Under the pieces are notes generated by a model. That model saw only the letters and a program-made list of their open reading frames with translations, was not told where the DNA came from and made no database searches. Below, in pieces: positions 36,236-46,554 of a stretch of 64,000 nt of DNA; position 1 is the first letter of the stretch; each line of letters opens with the position of its first letter. The position numbers and the translations under genes were made by a program. The stretch lies in contig JAAPAO010000094.1 of assembly GCA_013115145.1 (NCBI GenBank), forward strand, positions 1 through 64,000. The letters are read 5' to 3'. The DNA comes from Perkinsus chesapeaki ATCC PRA-425. Its lineage: Eukaryota > Protista > Perkinsozoa.

Positions 36236-36900
36236 TCATCTAGGAACCTCTAAGACGAAGTATCCATATGGAGAACCTCTTACAAGAGTATACAGAACTG
36301 TTGCACCGGGCAGGCCACATGTATGACAAATATGTTCCGCGGTAGACTGGACACTATACTTATCAAGATACTCGTTCTCGCCATTAACACACAGCAGAGC
36401 TCGAGTGCTACCGATATTCGTATTTTGAGCGCACATATCCAAAAGGCAGAACTCCAGCATCTCTTTAGTCCTATCTATCAGCGAAGGCGTGACACGGAGA
36501 CCATGCGACCACTGGCGAATCTTCGTAATTATGGCATCGACTTCGGCGAAGGAAGGTCCGGCTCGTTCCCGAACAATGCCAACAGTCTCTGGTAAGCCGT
36601 AGAACCTATCTCGGCGTATTTCACCAATCAGGGATTCACTTACCGAGAATCTCTTTCAACGTCGGCCAAAGGGATAGAGCTCGGCACAATAATGGACTCT
36701 GACGGATCCCTCAACCATCTCAGAACGAGACGAAAGACGTCTGGATCCCGATCGATGAAGATCGTGCCTTCTCCTTGGGGCCTCCAAACGTCTCTCGCCA
36801 AGGCTGCCAACATGGTATCCTGTTGCCGTAGGAGCGTGGACTCAGCGACCTCGAAGCTGACGCCTCCAACATTCAGCCGGATAGACCTCGTACAGGCCAT
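36236..36900 (-). CDS. KCTD-type BTB/POZ (T1 tetramerisation) domain protein
   Basis: IRLNVGGVSFEVAESTLLRQQDTMLAAL...IFIDRDPDVFRLVLRWLRD, then FYGLP after an intron. Confidence 0.85.
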
Positions 36901-36972
36901 CGCCCCAACTGAATATCACTTCTCATTGACGTAACGATCGATACAATAACAAGTGAAACATCGTTTTGACAA

Positions 36973-39900
36973 TCAGTGCTTTTTCGAGGCTTCAAAGGAC
37001 GTCTTAAGCTCCTTCGCGAGCTCCGCCTCTTCCTCAGTGCTCTGCTGGCAGCTGCGCCATTCGAGCCTTTCCTTCGGCAGGCCCATGCATTTCACCTACA
37101 ACTCGCTTGCAGCAGCGGCACGCCTAATTTCCTATTAAACGTACCACAACTTCCCTGCAAAAGTTCATCGGCACGCTGGTACTCCTCGTTGGTGTCAGCA
37201 GCACTCTAGCCTTATTAGGGCCCGGAAGCTGCATGTAGATGTATGGCGGTGTGCCAGTCTCGGTTGTGGTCTTAGCGACCTCTGAAAGCACTGTACCGCA
37301 GGCTCACCTCTAAGGCACTGTAACTTACCTGCGATTTCTTCTTGAGAATATCTTCCCAACTTATGCAGCTTAAGCTCATGATCATCGGCCATAGCCGTAA
37401 CCTCCTTCAACCACTCTTCAGTATTTGCCGACTGTCCACCCTCCCGAGCCACTCCTATCAAATGCACCTGATTGAACACACAGGAGAATGTGCTTTTTTT
37501 CCGATAGCTTTCTCAGTAAGGCCAATACGTTCACGACACTTAATAGCGTTTGGAAGCTCTTGAAAGTGATTTTCAAGCGGGTTCACCATTGGAGGAGTTG
37601 GCAGGAAATGTTTTCAAAGAAGCAGTTGAAATAGGCAGTATGTGCATATATCTACATTCATACTTGTATTGTTATATATAGGTATTATAATATTAAAGGT
37701 TAATAATGACGGTTGAGTAACAGCGGGAGCCCCACCTGCATGTGCATGGCTGCCGAGCTTCGCATCTGCGCCCAACGCTCGAAGACTACTATATCAGAGT
37801 TGTGCTGGGTATCCAACATATATGTTACTTCATCAATGTACCTACACCAATACCTATACCTTACATGACGTTGAGTACCTTACTTGTTCATAGCTGTAAA
37901 GACCTGTTCAGAGCAGTGTGTGCTGCAAGCGAAGTGGGTGACGGGGCACAGAATCATATGTAAGTCATTTATCGGGCCCTAAGCTTCGCAATCATTCCAG
38001 AACGCTCTGTCATTACGGCTCACCTTTGCCGTCGAAAGATACGCCTCTAGATTGGCCGCGAATATCATATGACGCTCAAGGTTGGGATTTGCCAGACAGA
38101 ACCAACAGTCCTGGTGTGGCGAGCTGTCCAACTGCTTCACATCGATCCCTCTGACGTCGGCACCTTCCTTCGGTCGACTGAATCTCACGATAAGGCGGCG
38201 GCCACCCATGTCGAGTTCTTGGCTCTTCTCTCGTGCCAATGTGGCATCTTTCAACGTGGCAAACCGAACCCAACCGAAACCTGAACTTCGAGTTCGGACT
38301 AGGGCGAGTGAGAATTTACCTCGAATGGAGTCCACGTTAACCCGCTTGAAGCCCGGCATCCCCTCGAAGACCTTCGTCAGGCTCGACCAAATTGCCTCCT
38401 CATTTGACTTGTTCTCTTGCTTAGGAAGATTCGGTATGAAAAGCTCCGTTGAGGGGGTTTCTGGTGCATGCCTTTTAGCATCGTGCTGCTGCTGGTGGTG
38501 GTAGCCTTCTGGATGCGGTCGCTTATGCGAATACTGTTGAGGATCTATACAGGTAGTATCATATCACATCTAAAATACTCCTTGGTAACATGAGCGACAG
38601 AGAAGCCCCGAGGTGACACTATTGTCACCGTCCATTGACCGCAGTGCTTTACAATCCTCAAACTGTTAATCACTGTTCAAAGTGCAAGAGTGTTGAACCA
38701 TTGTTAGAGCACCATGGAAGCGACATAAAAAGGAGTGCATTAAACGCAAGCGTTCCGATGCTCACCAGGACCATCCGCAAAAGGACATCGCGTTAGGTTA
38801 TCAGGCATACGAACATCGTTACTTAGGGAGATATTGAGAGCATGAAGCCACCTGGAAGGCAATTAATGCGAAAGTGAGGCATAAATTTACCTTCTCTCTT
38901 TGCCAGTACTGCCTACTTTACCGACACATATCATACGGCAAACTATCTTAGAATCAGGCCAAACAAAGGGCTGCCTCAGGTAGTACCTTAAAAGAGGACT
39001 GTCATTACACAGAACAGGTGATAGGTGTATTTTTTATATGTCAGTGTTGAGCTTGATAATATTATGCTATAGTCTAGAGGCTTAACTGTCAAAGAAACAT
39101 CAACAAACTCCTCAAATTGAAGGAAATGTTTTAAAATTGTGTGATGTTCTATTATTTCGTAACGGGGTTCAGTTTTATATGAGGGGACTATATCGTATTG
39201 TAGAAGCATTCTAGAATCTTTCAGAGGGATTTCACAGAGTTCCGATAAATACCACTAAGGTAGCTTTGGAACAATTATGCTTTAAAGATGTTATCGATAC
39301 CTAGGTTGCAGGAAGTATCTTCCCTGCCAACATACACTCGCACAGATCTTCTTCCCAACCCAGCGAGAGCCCCCATGTTTGCCCTTTACTACATATCAGC
39401 ATGCCCACAAACAATGTACCGTGGTTTCAGCAACACTGCCATCCGTGATACCTTGATAAGGTAGTAAAGTACTGCCCAAACTTCAATCGGCAATATTACC
39501 TCCTTGCTGGTAGTAACGTGGGTGACATCAGGAGGGACGCCAGTGATGTCCAGTCCGACGCCGTAGTCGGCCGGCCAGTCATTGGTAAGCAACACGTCTA
39601 TCGTAGTGCTCAACGATGAGAAACTATTAGGGGCTTCCGGGAATGCTCGGTGCGGTGTGAATTACTTTTTCTCCAGGGCAGCAGCGTCCTTGTCATCGGT
39701 AATGGCGGCTACGGTGAGCCCAGCAACTTGAACGATGGAGCCACCCTTGATCCCATCCAGATTGCCAACTGAAGGCTCTTCCAGTGTAGAGGAAGAGGGA
39801 ACTGTATAGCGCATCTGAAGACACTCGCTTTTCATCAACTCATTGGAGTTAGATAGTTTTCTCGCAAACGTTCAGGGATGACGAGCCAAACATCCGGGTG

Positions 39901-40321
39901 AAGTTACTTTACCGCCGCCTCGAGAGCCAACCCTTTACAACCGCTGTGCGACAGTCCGTTCGCTCGGATGAATCATCCCCTGCGTAAAATGTCCCGGTTA
40001 CCCGAATGCTACCGGTAAAGGAATATTAAGTGTTCCATCGACAAACGGTTTCAAACAATCACTTGCGGACTTGCCGAAGAAATCGCCAACACACAGGCAG
40101 ATGTCGAACTTACCGACCTGAAAGACATGGTATACTCTAAGGCCGTTGTGACTCTGCCGGCCAACCGGACCCTCGAATATCTTTACTGTCTACAGGCGCG
40201 AGATGTTCCTATTTTTGCTGACCTTCTGGATCTGTTTTTCAGTTGTGGACACTAATCTTTCCAAGCTTCCCTGCACATCTCCGCTCAATAGGACCTTCAC
40301 TGTCTGATTCGGCGCTGCCAT
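36973..40321 (-). CDS. CWF19L1: CWF19-like protein 1 (Drn1/CwfJ family) with an internal RRM
   Basis: N-terminal KVLLSGDVQG...GKFDICLCVGDFFG pseudo-metallophosphatase; DCWFCLANPNLERHMI (CwfJ_C_1); C-terminal LEWRSCQQSTEEEAELAKEL (CwfJ_C_2); RNP1-like GFGWVRF...LDMGGRRLIVRFSRP just before the CwfJ domain. Confidence 0.85.
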
Positions 40322-40413
40322 TATACCAGAATTCCCTAGGCTTGAGAAATACACTTAACACAACTCATCTGCTAGTGTTGCTGGTAAAACTCAAGTGTGT
40401 TGTTGGTAATAAT

Positions 40414-41752
40414 TTACTCAGTTTCATTCTTAGTATCGATCAGGTCCTCCCACCATTGGTTCTCCATGTCCTTCTCCATCGTGATTATCAAAGTCCCATC
40501 ATCAATCATCCAACCACTGCCGTCAGTGTCGACATGCCCCCACAACGGTCCTGCCAAAATGATCCTCATTAACCCAGCACCAGCACGTCTCTACCTTCAA
40601 TAGTGACCGGCATGCCGTTGATATGAACTGATATAAATTTAGATTTTATCGTAACCTTTATGTCCTTCTTCGACACTCCATCGGTGAGCGGGATATCAAC
40701 TTCAACCTGCCTCCGGCGTCTGTTCGATGCCCCACAGATTTCGTACCTCATCACGAGTCTGCCGATAAGAGTAGCCTTCCCGATGGACAGGTGCCTCCCT
40801 ATTAGGCATGTTCGCTACAGACGTCGGCGCCGCTACCTCCGAGTTCGACCCTAAACACCCCGAGCTATACGCCATCTTGTACGCCTTTTACTACCCATGC
40901 CATATTGGCTGGTAAGAGCGCTAAGGGTGGTGCCTCCGCCTTGCCTCATATTAATAGACTTGGCGGCAGCTATCCACTCCAAACCAGAGTTCATATCCGA
41001 TTCCTTGAAGTCCATTCTGAAACCACCGACCTGAGCTTCCCTGTCCAATACTCAGGACTACCTGAACCACTCATCCTTGCCATCATCGAACATCCTGCCC
41101 ACGAAAGCATCGCCTCGAATTTGATTGCCGACGAGGCCGCATGCCGAAGTCAACCCTTGTGCTCGGCTAACAGAACCGATGAAAGCAACCATCTCCATTG
41201 CCGTGCTGTTACGTGTTCACTGGGAGGTTCTTCGCTACGCCTTTATCGTCCACATACATACTCACGCCGATATACTGAGTCTTTGGGACCGGGAGGGCCA
41301 ATGTGAGAATGTCAACCGTTGTCATTGACATTAGCTGAGATCAGTCGGACATAAGGAGGGCTTGTTGTACTGAAGAATACCTTATTTAGCATGTCCGGGT
41401 TCACTGACTTCGTTACGTCCTGTTTAGCATGGGCTGAAAGCTGAGCCAAGAACTGCTCTCTGAAAATAACAATATAGCTTTCTTTTATATTATTTATACA
41501 TACGCACGGCATCAAAGCGCAGACCACAAACTAACAAGAGCCGTAATGTATGTACATTCAGTATTGTAGGGCAGCAATAACAGCGGAGAGGAGACAGATC
41601 CCTACTTATCGAGACTTTTCTCATCGCTCTTCGATGTGAAATAGACCTTCAGTTGTTTGACAAACGTATCATTCTCAAGCTCAACTTGAGGGCTTTTAAG
41701 CTCCTGGATAGGTTCATTGTTGTCTGCTGGTATGAGCACCTGATCGATCAAT
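40414..41752 (-). CDS. NudC-type CS (p23-like) domain protein
   Basis: C-terminal VEVDIPLTDGVSKKDIKVTIKSKFISV...LWGHVDTDGSGWMIDDGTLIITMEK...WWEDL; N-terminal exons YVDDKGVAKNLPVN and RGDAFVGRMFDD. Start not located exactly. Confidence 0.7.
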
Positions 41753-42174
41753 AGAACCTCCGTTGAACTGAGTAGGAGCATATTCAAATGTGGATTACTA
41801 GTGAACGATCAAGCTGGGTGCGTAATAGCGCGGCAACTACATTATATCCTATAAAGGAATCCAGGTTTCGTATGAGAAGTTATAATGTAAATACATGAGA
41901 ATACGGAGCTAGGCCCAGACTTTTGAAAGCCCCGGATTCGAAGAAGCTGCGGAAATTGAAAGGGAACTCCTTGGACTGGTTATTACATAAGTGAACTCCG
42001 CAGGCTTATTTGGTATACTAAAAGACATATACACAGTCAAACTATGAAACTGACAAGTGAACCCAAGATACCATTCAACTGGCTAGTCAAAACGCAAGAC
42101 GACCACCGGGTGGATAGAAAAAATATACCGACGAACTAGTTAACCATCAGCAGTGATTCAAGACACTACAGCGA

Positions 42175-43736
42175 TTAGAGACTATGGATAAGCTGCTTAG
42201 TCTCCTTATATGCCATACCAGCAAGCATTACTGCACTGATACCAAGTGCAATAGGAAGAAGTACGAAAACTGCACCCCAACTTAACACCTGTGCGATGGC
42301 AGTTACTAGCAGTTGCATCAGAGCTGCCCCAGCAGCGCCCATACCGTCTATTATTCCTGAGACTTGGCCCACTGCCTTCTTGGGCATCTTATGGCCGAGA
42401 TCGGCGCAGACAGCACTGGACAAGACATTGGATACTGAGCCCACCAGGAACCCACAGGCGAAGACTGTAGTGGACAAATAGGCTGTCGAGGGATGGTCGA
42501 CACGCAGCATAGCAATTGGTATGATAGCCAATATTAAGAATGCAAACATTGGAGGTGCTCGACAAGAGTCACCACATTTAGCTGTACAATAATCAGATAT
42601 AATACCTAATACGAGAGTACCAAATATAACACCCAAATTAAATAACATATCATATCCATTTGCTTCAGCTGATGTCCTACCAACATGTTCAGTTAAATAT
42701 AACGGTAACCAAANNNNNNNNNNNNNNNNNNNNNNNNNNNNNNNNNNNNNNNNNNNNNNNNNNNNNNNNNNNNNNNNNNNNNNNNNNNNNNNNNNNNNNN
42801 NNNNNNNNNNNNNAATAACATATCATATCCATTTGCTTCAGCTGATGTCCTACCAACATGTTCAGTTAAATATAACGGTAACCAAAAGAACATTGCGTAA
42901 TTCACGCCCTTTATACAAGCATAAGAGAAAGAATAACGGAGGACACCCGGAGCCCTCCAAGCAGCGAAAAAGTCAAGCCTATCGCTGTCGGCGTTTTCCC
43001 TGGCTTCGGTTTCTGCCCCTCCGTTTGCTGGGTTCAAAGGCTCCTGTAATGGATCGTCGGAGTGTATGGAAAGCCCAACTGATTGAGGGTCTCTTGGTAG
43101 GAAGTATAGCATACCAGCAGATACCACAACAAGTACTATTGCTGGTCCAAAGAACTGCCATGGTACCGATGCTTTATTACCAAATAATTCAATCATTAAA
43201 GTGCACATAGCAGCCCCCAGAATGTTACCAACGTTCGAGTCATTAGACCAAATGCCGAAGACCGTACCATAGTACTTGGGCAGGAAATACTGCCCGACTA
43301 TCAGAATCCCTGCCGGCCAGCAACCGGACTGGAAGACTGCATTGATGACCCACAGGAAGTAGTAGAAGTAATACCATCCACCCTCAGTTGCAGTGGCGAC
43401 CATTGAACCAAATATGAATTGAGTTATACAGCAGAGCGTCGTCATTAGAAAGAAGATCCTTACCGGATGGTAGAGGTCCCCTAATGGACCAGTAAAGAAC
43501 ATACCGATAGCATAGAACAACATAAATAATGTATTCATAACACCAAAGAAGGTAGTAGAGTACCCATAATATTCCTTCATATTAGGGGTCGCATTTGAGA
43601 AGGCCTTTCTCACTGCATGCAGACAAACATAGGTCAGAAATGTCCATAAGAATGCCGACGCTTGGTAGTATCGCTTGCTGTGCCGAACGCCCGATGACGA
43701 CGGCCGTTGCATCAACTTTGGATCCTGTTGAGTCAT
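42175..43736 (-). CDS. MFS sugar-phosphate/glycerol-3-phosphate transporter (SLC37/GlpT/OPA family), copy B, intronless, interrupted by a probably false gap
   Basis: HAVRKAF, FFTGPLGD, FQSGCWP, SNVGNILG, KGVNYAMFFWLP, SGIIDGMG. ORFs 42693-43736 and 42175-42648 join if the 73-bp duplicated gap flank is collapsed. Confidence 0.88.
42714..42813. other. Scaffold gap (100 N) with identical 73-bp flanks
   Basis: 42641-42713 is identical to 42814-42886. Confidence 0.95.
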
Positions 43737-43853
43737 GTAATGAACTACGAGTGAGTATCTTCCGCTATCTTAGAAGGTACAGAGGAATTCAACGCTGTGT
43801 TGGGAGTAAGATGAAACGCATATTCTCCACAAAAAAGGACAATTTCGACTGTA

Positions 43854-45353
43854 CTAAAACTGCTTGATGAGATCCCTGGTCTCCTCGTAGGCAACCCTGG
43901 TCAGAGCTACTGCACTCAATGCCAAGGCGATCGGCAATACAATGAACACATCACCCCAGTTTAAATACTGTGCAATCAGCATCACTAGCAGTTGCATCAG
44001 CGCCGCCCCGACAGCGCCCATACCGTCTATTATTCCTGAGACTTGAGCCACTGCCTTCTTGGGCATCTTATGGCCGAGATCAGCACAGACTACACTGGAG
44101 AGGACATTCGCCACGGAGCCTACCAGGAAACCACAGACGAAGACTGTGATAGCTAAGTACAGGGAAGATGGGTTGCTCGCACGCAGCATAGCAATTGGTA
44201 TGATAGCCAATATTAAGAATGCAAACATTGGAGGTGCTCGACAAGAGTCACCACATTTAGCTGTACAATAATCAGATATAATACCTAATACGAGAGTACC
44301 AAATATAACACCCAAATTGAATAACATATCATATCCATTTGCTTCAGCTGATGTCCTACCAACATGTTCAGTTAAATATAACGGTAACCAAAAGAACATT
44401 GCGTAATTCACGCCAGAAATACACGCGAAACAGAACGAGTACATAATAACACCGGGAGCCCTCCAAGCTGCGAGTAAGTCCAGCTCATCATCAGCGGCAA
44501 CATCTACCCTTGTAGCCGGCGATTCCTGGCCGTGGCCAACCTCTGAGGTGGTGAAAGACACTCCCCTATCGGAATTCAAAGGCTCCTGTAATGGATCGTC
44601 GGAGTGTATGGAAAGCCCAACTGATTGAGGGTCTCTTGGTAGGAAGTATAGCATACCAGCAGATACCACAACAAGTACTATTGCTGGTCCAAAGAACTGC
44701 CATGGTACCGATGCTTTATTACCAAATAATTCAATCATTAAAGTGCACATAGCAGCCCCCAGAATGTTACCAACGTTGGCATTATTAGACCAAACGCCGA
44801 AGACCGTACCATAGTACTTGGGCAGGAAATACTGGCTCACAATTACCACGGATGCCGGCCAGCATCCGGACTGGAAAACTGCATTGATTGCCCATAGGAT
44901 ATAGTAGAGGTAATACCACCCACTTTGAGTTGCAGTGTCGACCATGGAACCAAATACAAACTGCGTGATGCAACAAAGAACGCTCATTAGGAAGTAAACC
45001 ATTACCGGATGGTAGAGGTCCCCTAATGGACCAGTAAAGAACATACCGATAGCATAGAACAACATAAATAATGTATTCATAACACCAAAGAAGGTAGTAG
45101 AGTACCCATAATATTCCTTCATATTAGGAGTTGCATTAGTGAAGGCCTTCCTCACTGCATGCAGGCAGGCGTATGTCAGGAATGTCCATAACAGCACAGA
45201 CACCTGATAGTAACGCTTGCTGTGCCGGGCACTGGTGGTGGATGATGACTTTGACGATAAGAGTGTCATTACCAACAACAGATACCAAAACTGTAATGAG
45301 CAATGGAACATACCATGGACGAACCAATCATGGATAAATCGCGGTACACCCAT
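43854..45353 (-). CDS. MFS sugar-phosphate/glycerol-3-phosphate transporter (SLC37/GlpT/OPA family), copy A, intronless
   Basis: Uninterrupted 499-aa ORF with about 12 hydrophobic segments and the same motifs as copy B. The true start may be the downstream MTLLSSK. Confidence 0.92.
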   Translation of the reverse strand: MGVPRFIHDWFVHGMFHCSLQFWYLLLVMTLLSSKSSSTTSARHSKRYYQVSVLLWTFLTYACLHAVRKAFTNATPNMKEYYGYSTTFFGVMNTLFMLFYAIGMFFTGPLGDLYHPVMVYFLMSVLCCITQFVFGSMVDTATQSGWYYLYYILWAINAVFQSGCWPASVVIVSQYFLPKYYGTVFGVWSNNANVGNILGAAMCTLMIELFGNKASVPWQFFGPAIVLVVVSAGMLYFLPRDPQSVGLSIHSDDPLQEPLNSDRGVSFTTSEVGHGQESPATRVDVAADDELDLLAAWRAPGVIMYSFCFACISGVNYAMFFWLPLYLTEHVGRTSAEANGYDMLFNLGVIFGTLVLGIISDYCTAKCGDSCRAPPMFAFLILAIIPIAMLRASNPSSLYLAITVFVCGFLVGSVANVLSSVVCADLGHKMPKKAVAQVSGIIDGMGAVGAALMQLLVMLIAQYLNWGDVFIVLPIALALSAVALTRVAYEETRDLIKQF

Positions 45354-45370
45354 GTCGGAGTAGGTAGTAA

Positions 45371-46290
45371 CTATGCCAATTCGGAACCCGTGGCCCTCCC
45401 AGATTCCGCTATAGGTATCGGATCATGTACCGTCGTTATAGGCGAGCTGTCGTACTGTAATATCATGCGATGAAAGATGCAATTCGAATAACGGATTCCA
45501 CTTTTGCCACATCTGTTCTTGTCGGTCATAACTAACTCATTTTCATCATTGACCACAGCCAAGTGACGGAATGCTTGTTGGCCTCCCTCAACTGAGTTCT
45601 GCAATTTCCCCTACTCGATGCTCCGAGCCAAGTGGCTCTTTACGTGCGGAAGGGGCAGAGATGCCTCCAGAAGACGCCCCTGGAATTTCGGTAAATTCCC
45701 TAAAACTTTTATCACCAACATCCCTAGGCGGCCTTGTAATTCTGAGCTGGTATCGAAACTTCCCAGTACGATCTCTTATCAACAGGCATACCTGTTCCTG
45801 CGGTACGTTCGTATCGCCGTCGTCAACCCTCGTAGGTTTCGAGTGCTTACCAGATGCTCCAACGGCATGAGGATCATTGCATAGGCTTCGGTTTGGGAGT
45901 CCTAAATTATGACGTATCTATCATCCATTGGAAAAGTTATTGGTAGACCGATGGAAGCAGCTAGTGGCGTTTCAGTTTATCGAAGAGAACCACGTATAGT
46001 TAATTATCAAGTTGAAGCACTCGTTTATCTATCAAGGTCGCTTAACCATATTAATGTAAGACTTGATCATATGCTAATATATAACCTGTATAATACCTAT
46101 ATGATCCACCTATGAATGTAGAGAGCAGCCAAGGCACTGACGAATGTCATTAGCGCTCTCGGGACCAACCATAGGGAATACTTCCTATACCGCGACATGA
46201 GGCAGCTGCTCAACTCATGTCTGCATCTAGCCTACGCCAAGTACCTGGCCTCATGCTCTTCTCAAAGTTTTCCATCTCAGGCTCTCTGAT
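45371..46290 (-). CDS. Hypothetical protein, possibly with an N-terminal membrane anchor
   Basis: Exon LMSRYRKYSLWLVPRALMTFVSALAALYIHR bounded by AG/GT; downstream open segments 45588-45782 and 45371-45604. Confidence 0.3.
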
Positions 46291-46554
46291 CAACTCTGTA
46301 CATGACTCGACCTCGAAGCCGCACTATATTTACTAATTTTTCACTTTTTATTATACTTATTACTTTACTAGCTTTTACTTGACTATATATATATACTAAT
46401 TTTTCACTTTCATATATTAGTCACCAAAATGTACTCGTCCCCACCGATTTCACGGCGAGCGCGATACACGTTACACCAGCGCTCGCCGCGTCGTGTTGAG
46501 AGGGGTGGGTACCCTACAGACGGGAACATTTATGGAGGTGTTGAACTTTTAGTT

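Noticed and set aside
42641-42886. Apparent tandem duplication or third partial transporter copy around the N gap
   Set aside because: The 73 bp on each side of the 100-N gap are identical, which is typical of unmerged overlapping contig ends; collapsing them restores one ORF.
46321-46420. AT-rich duplicated motif ACTAATTTTTCACTTT as a promoter element between divergent genes
   Set aside because: It is a low-complexity local duplication, and no known motif or second occurrence elsewhere supports a regulatory call.
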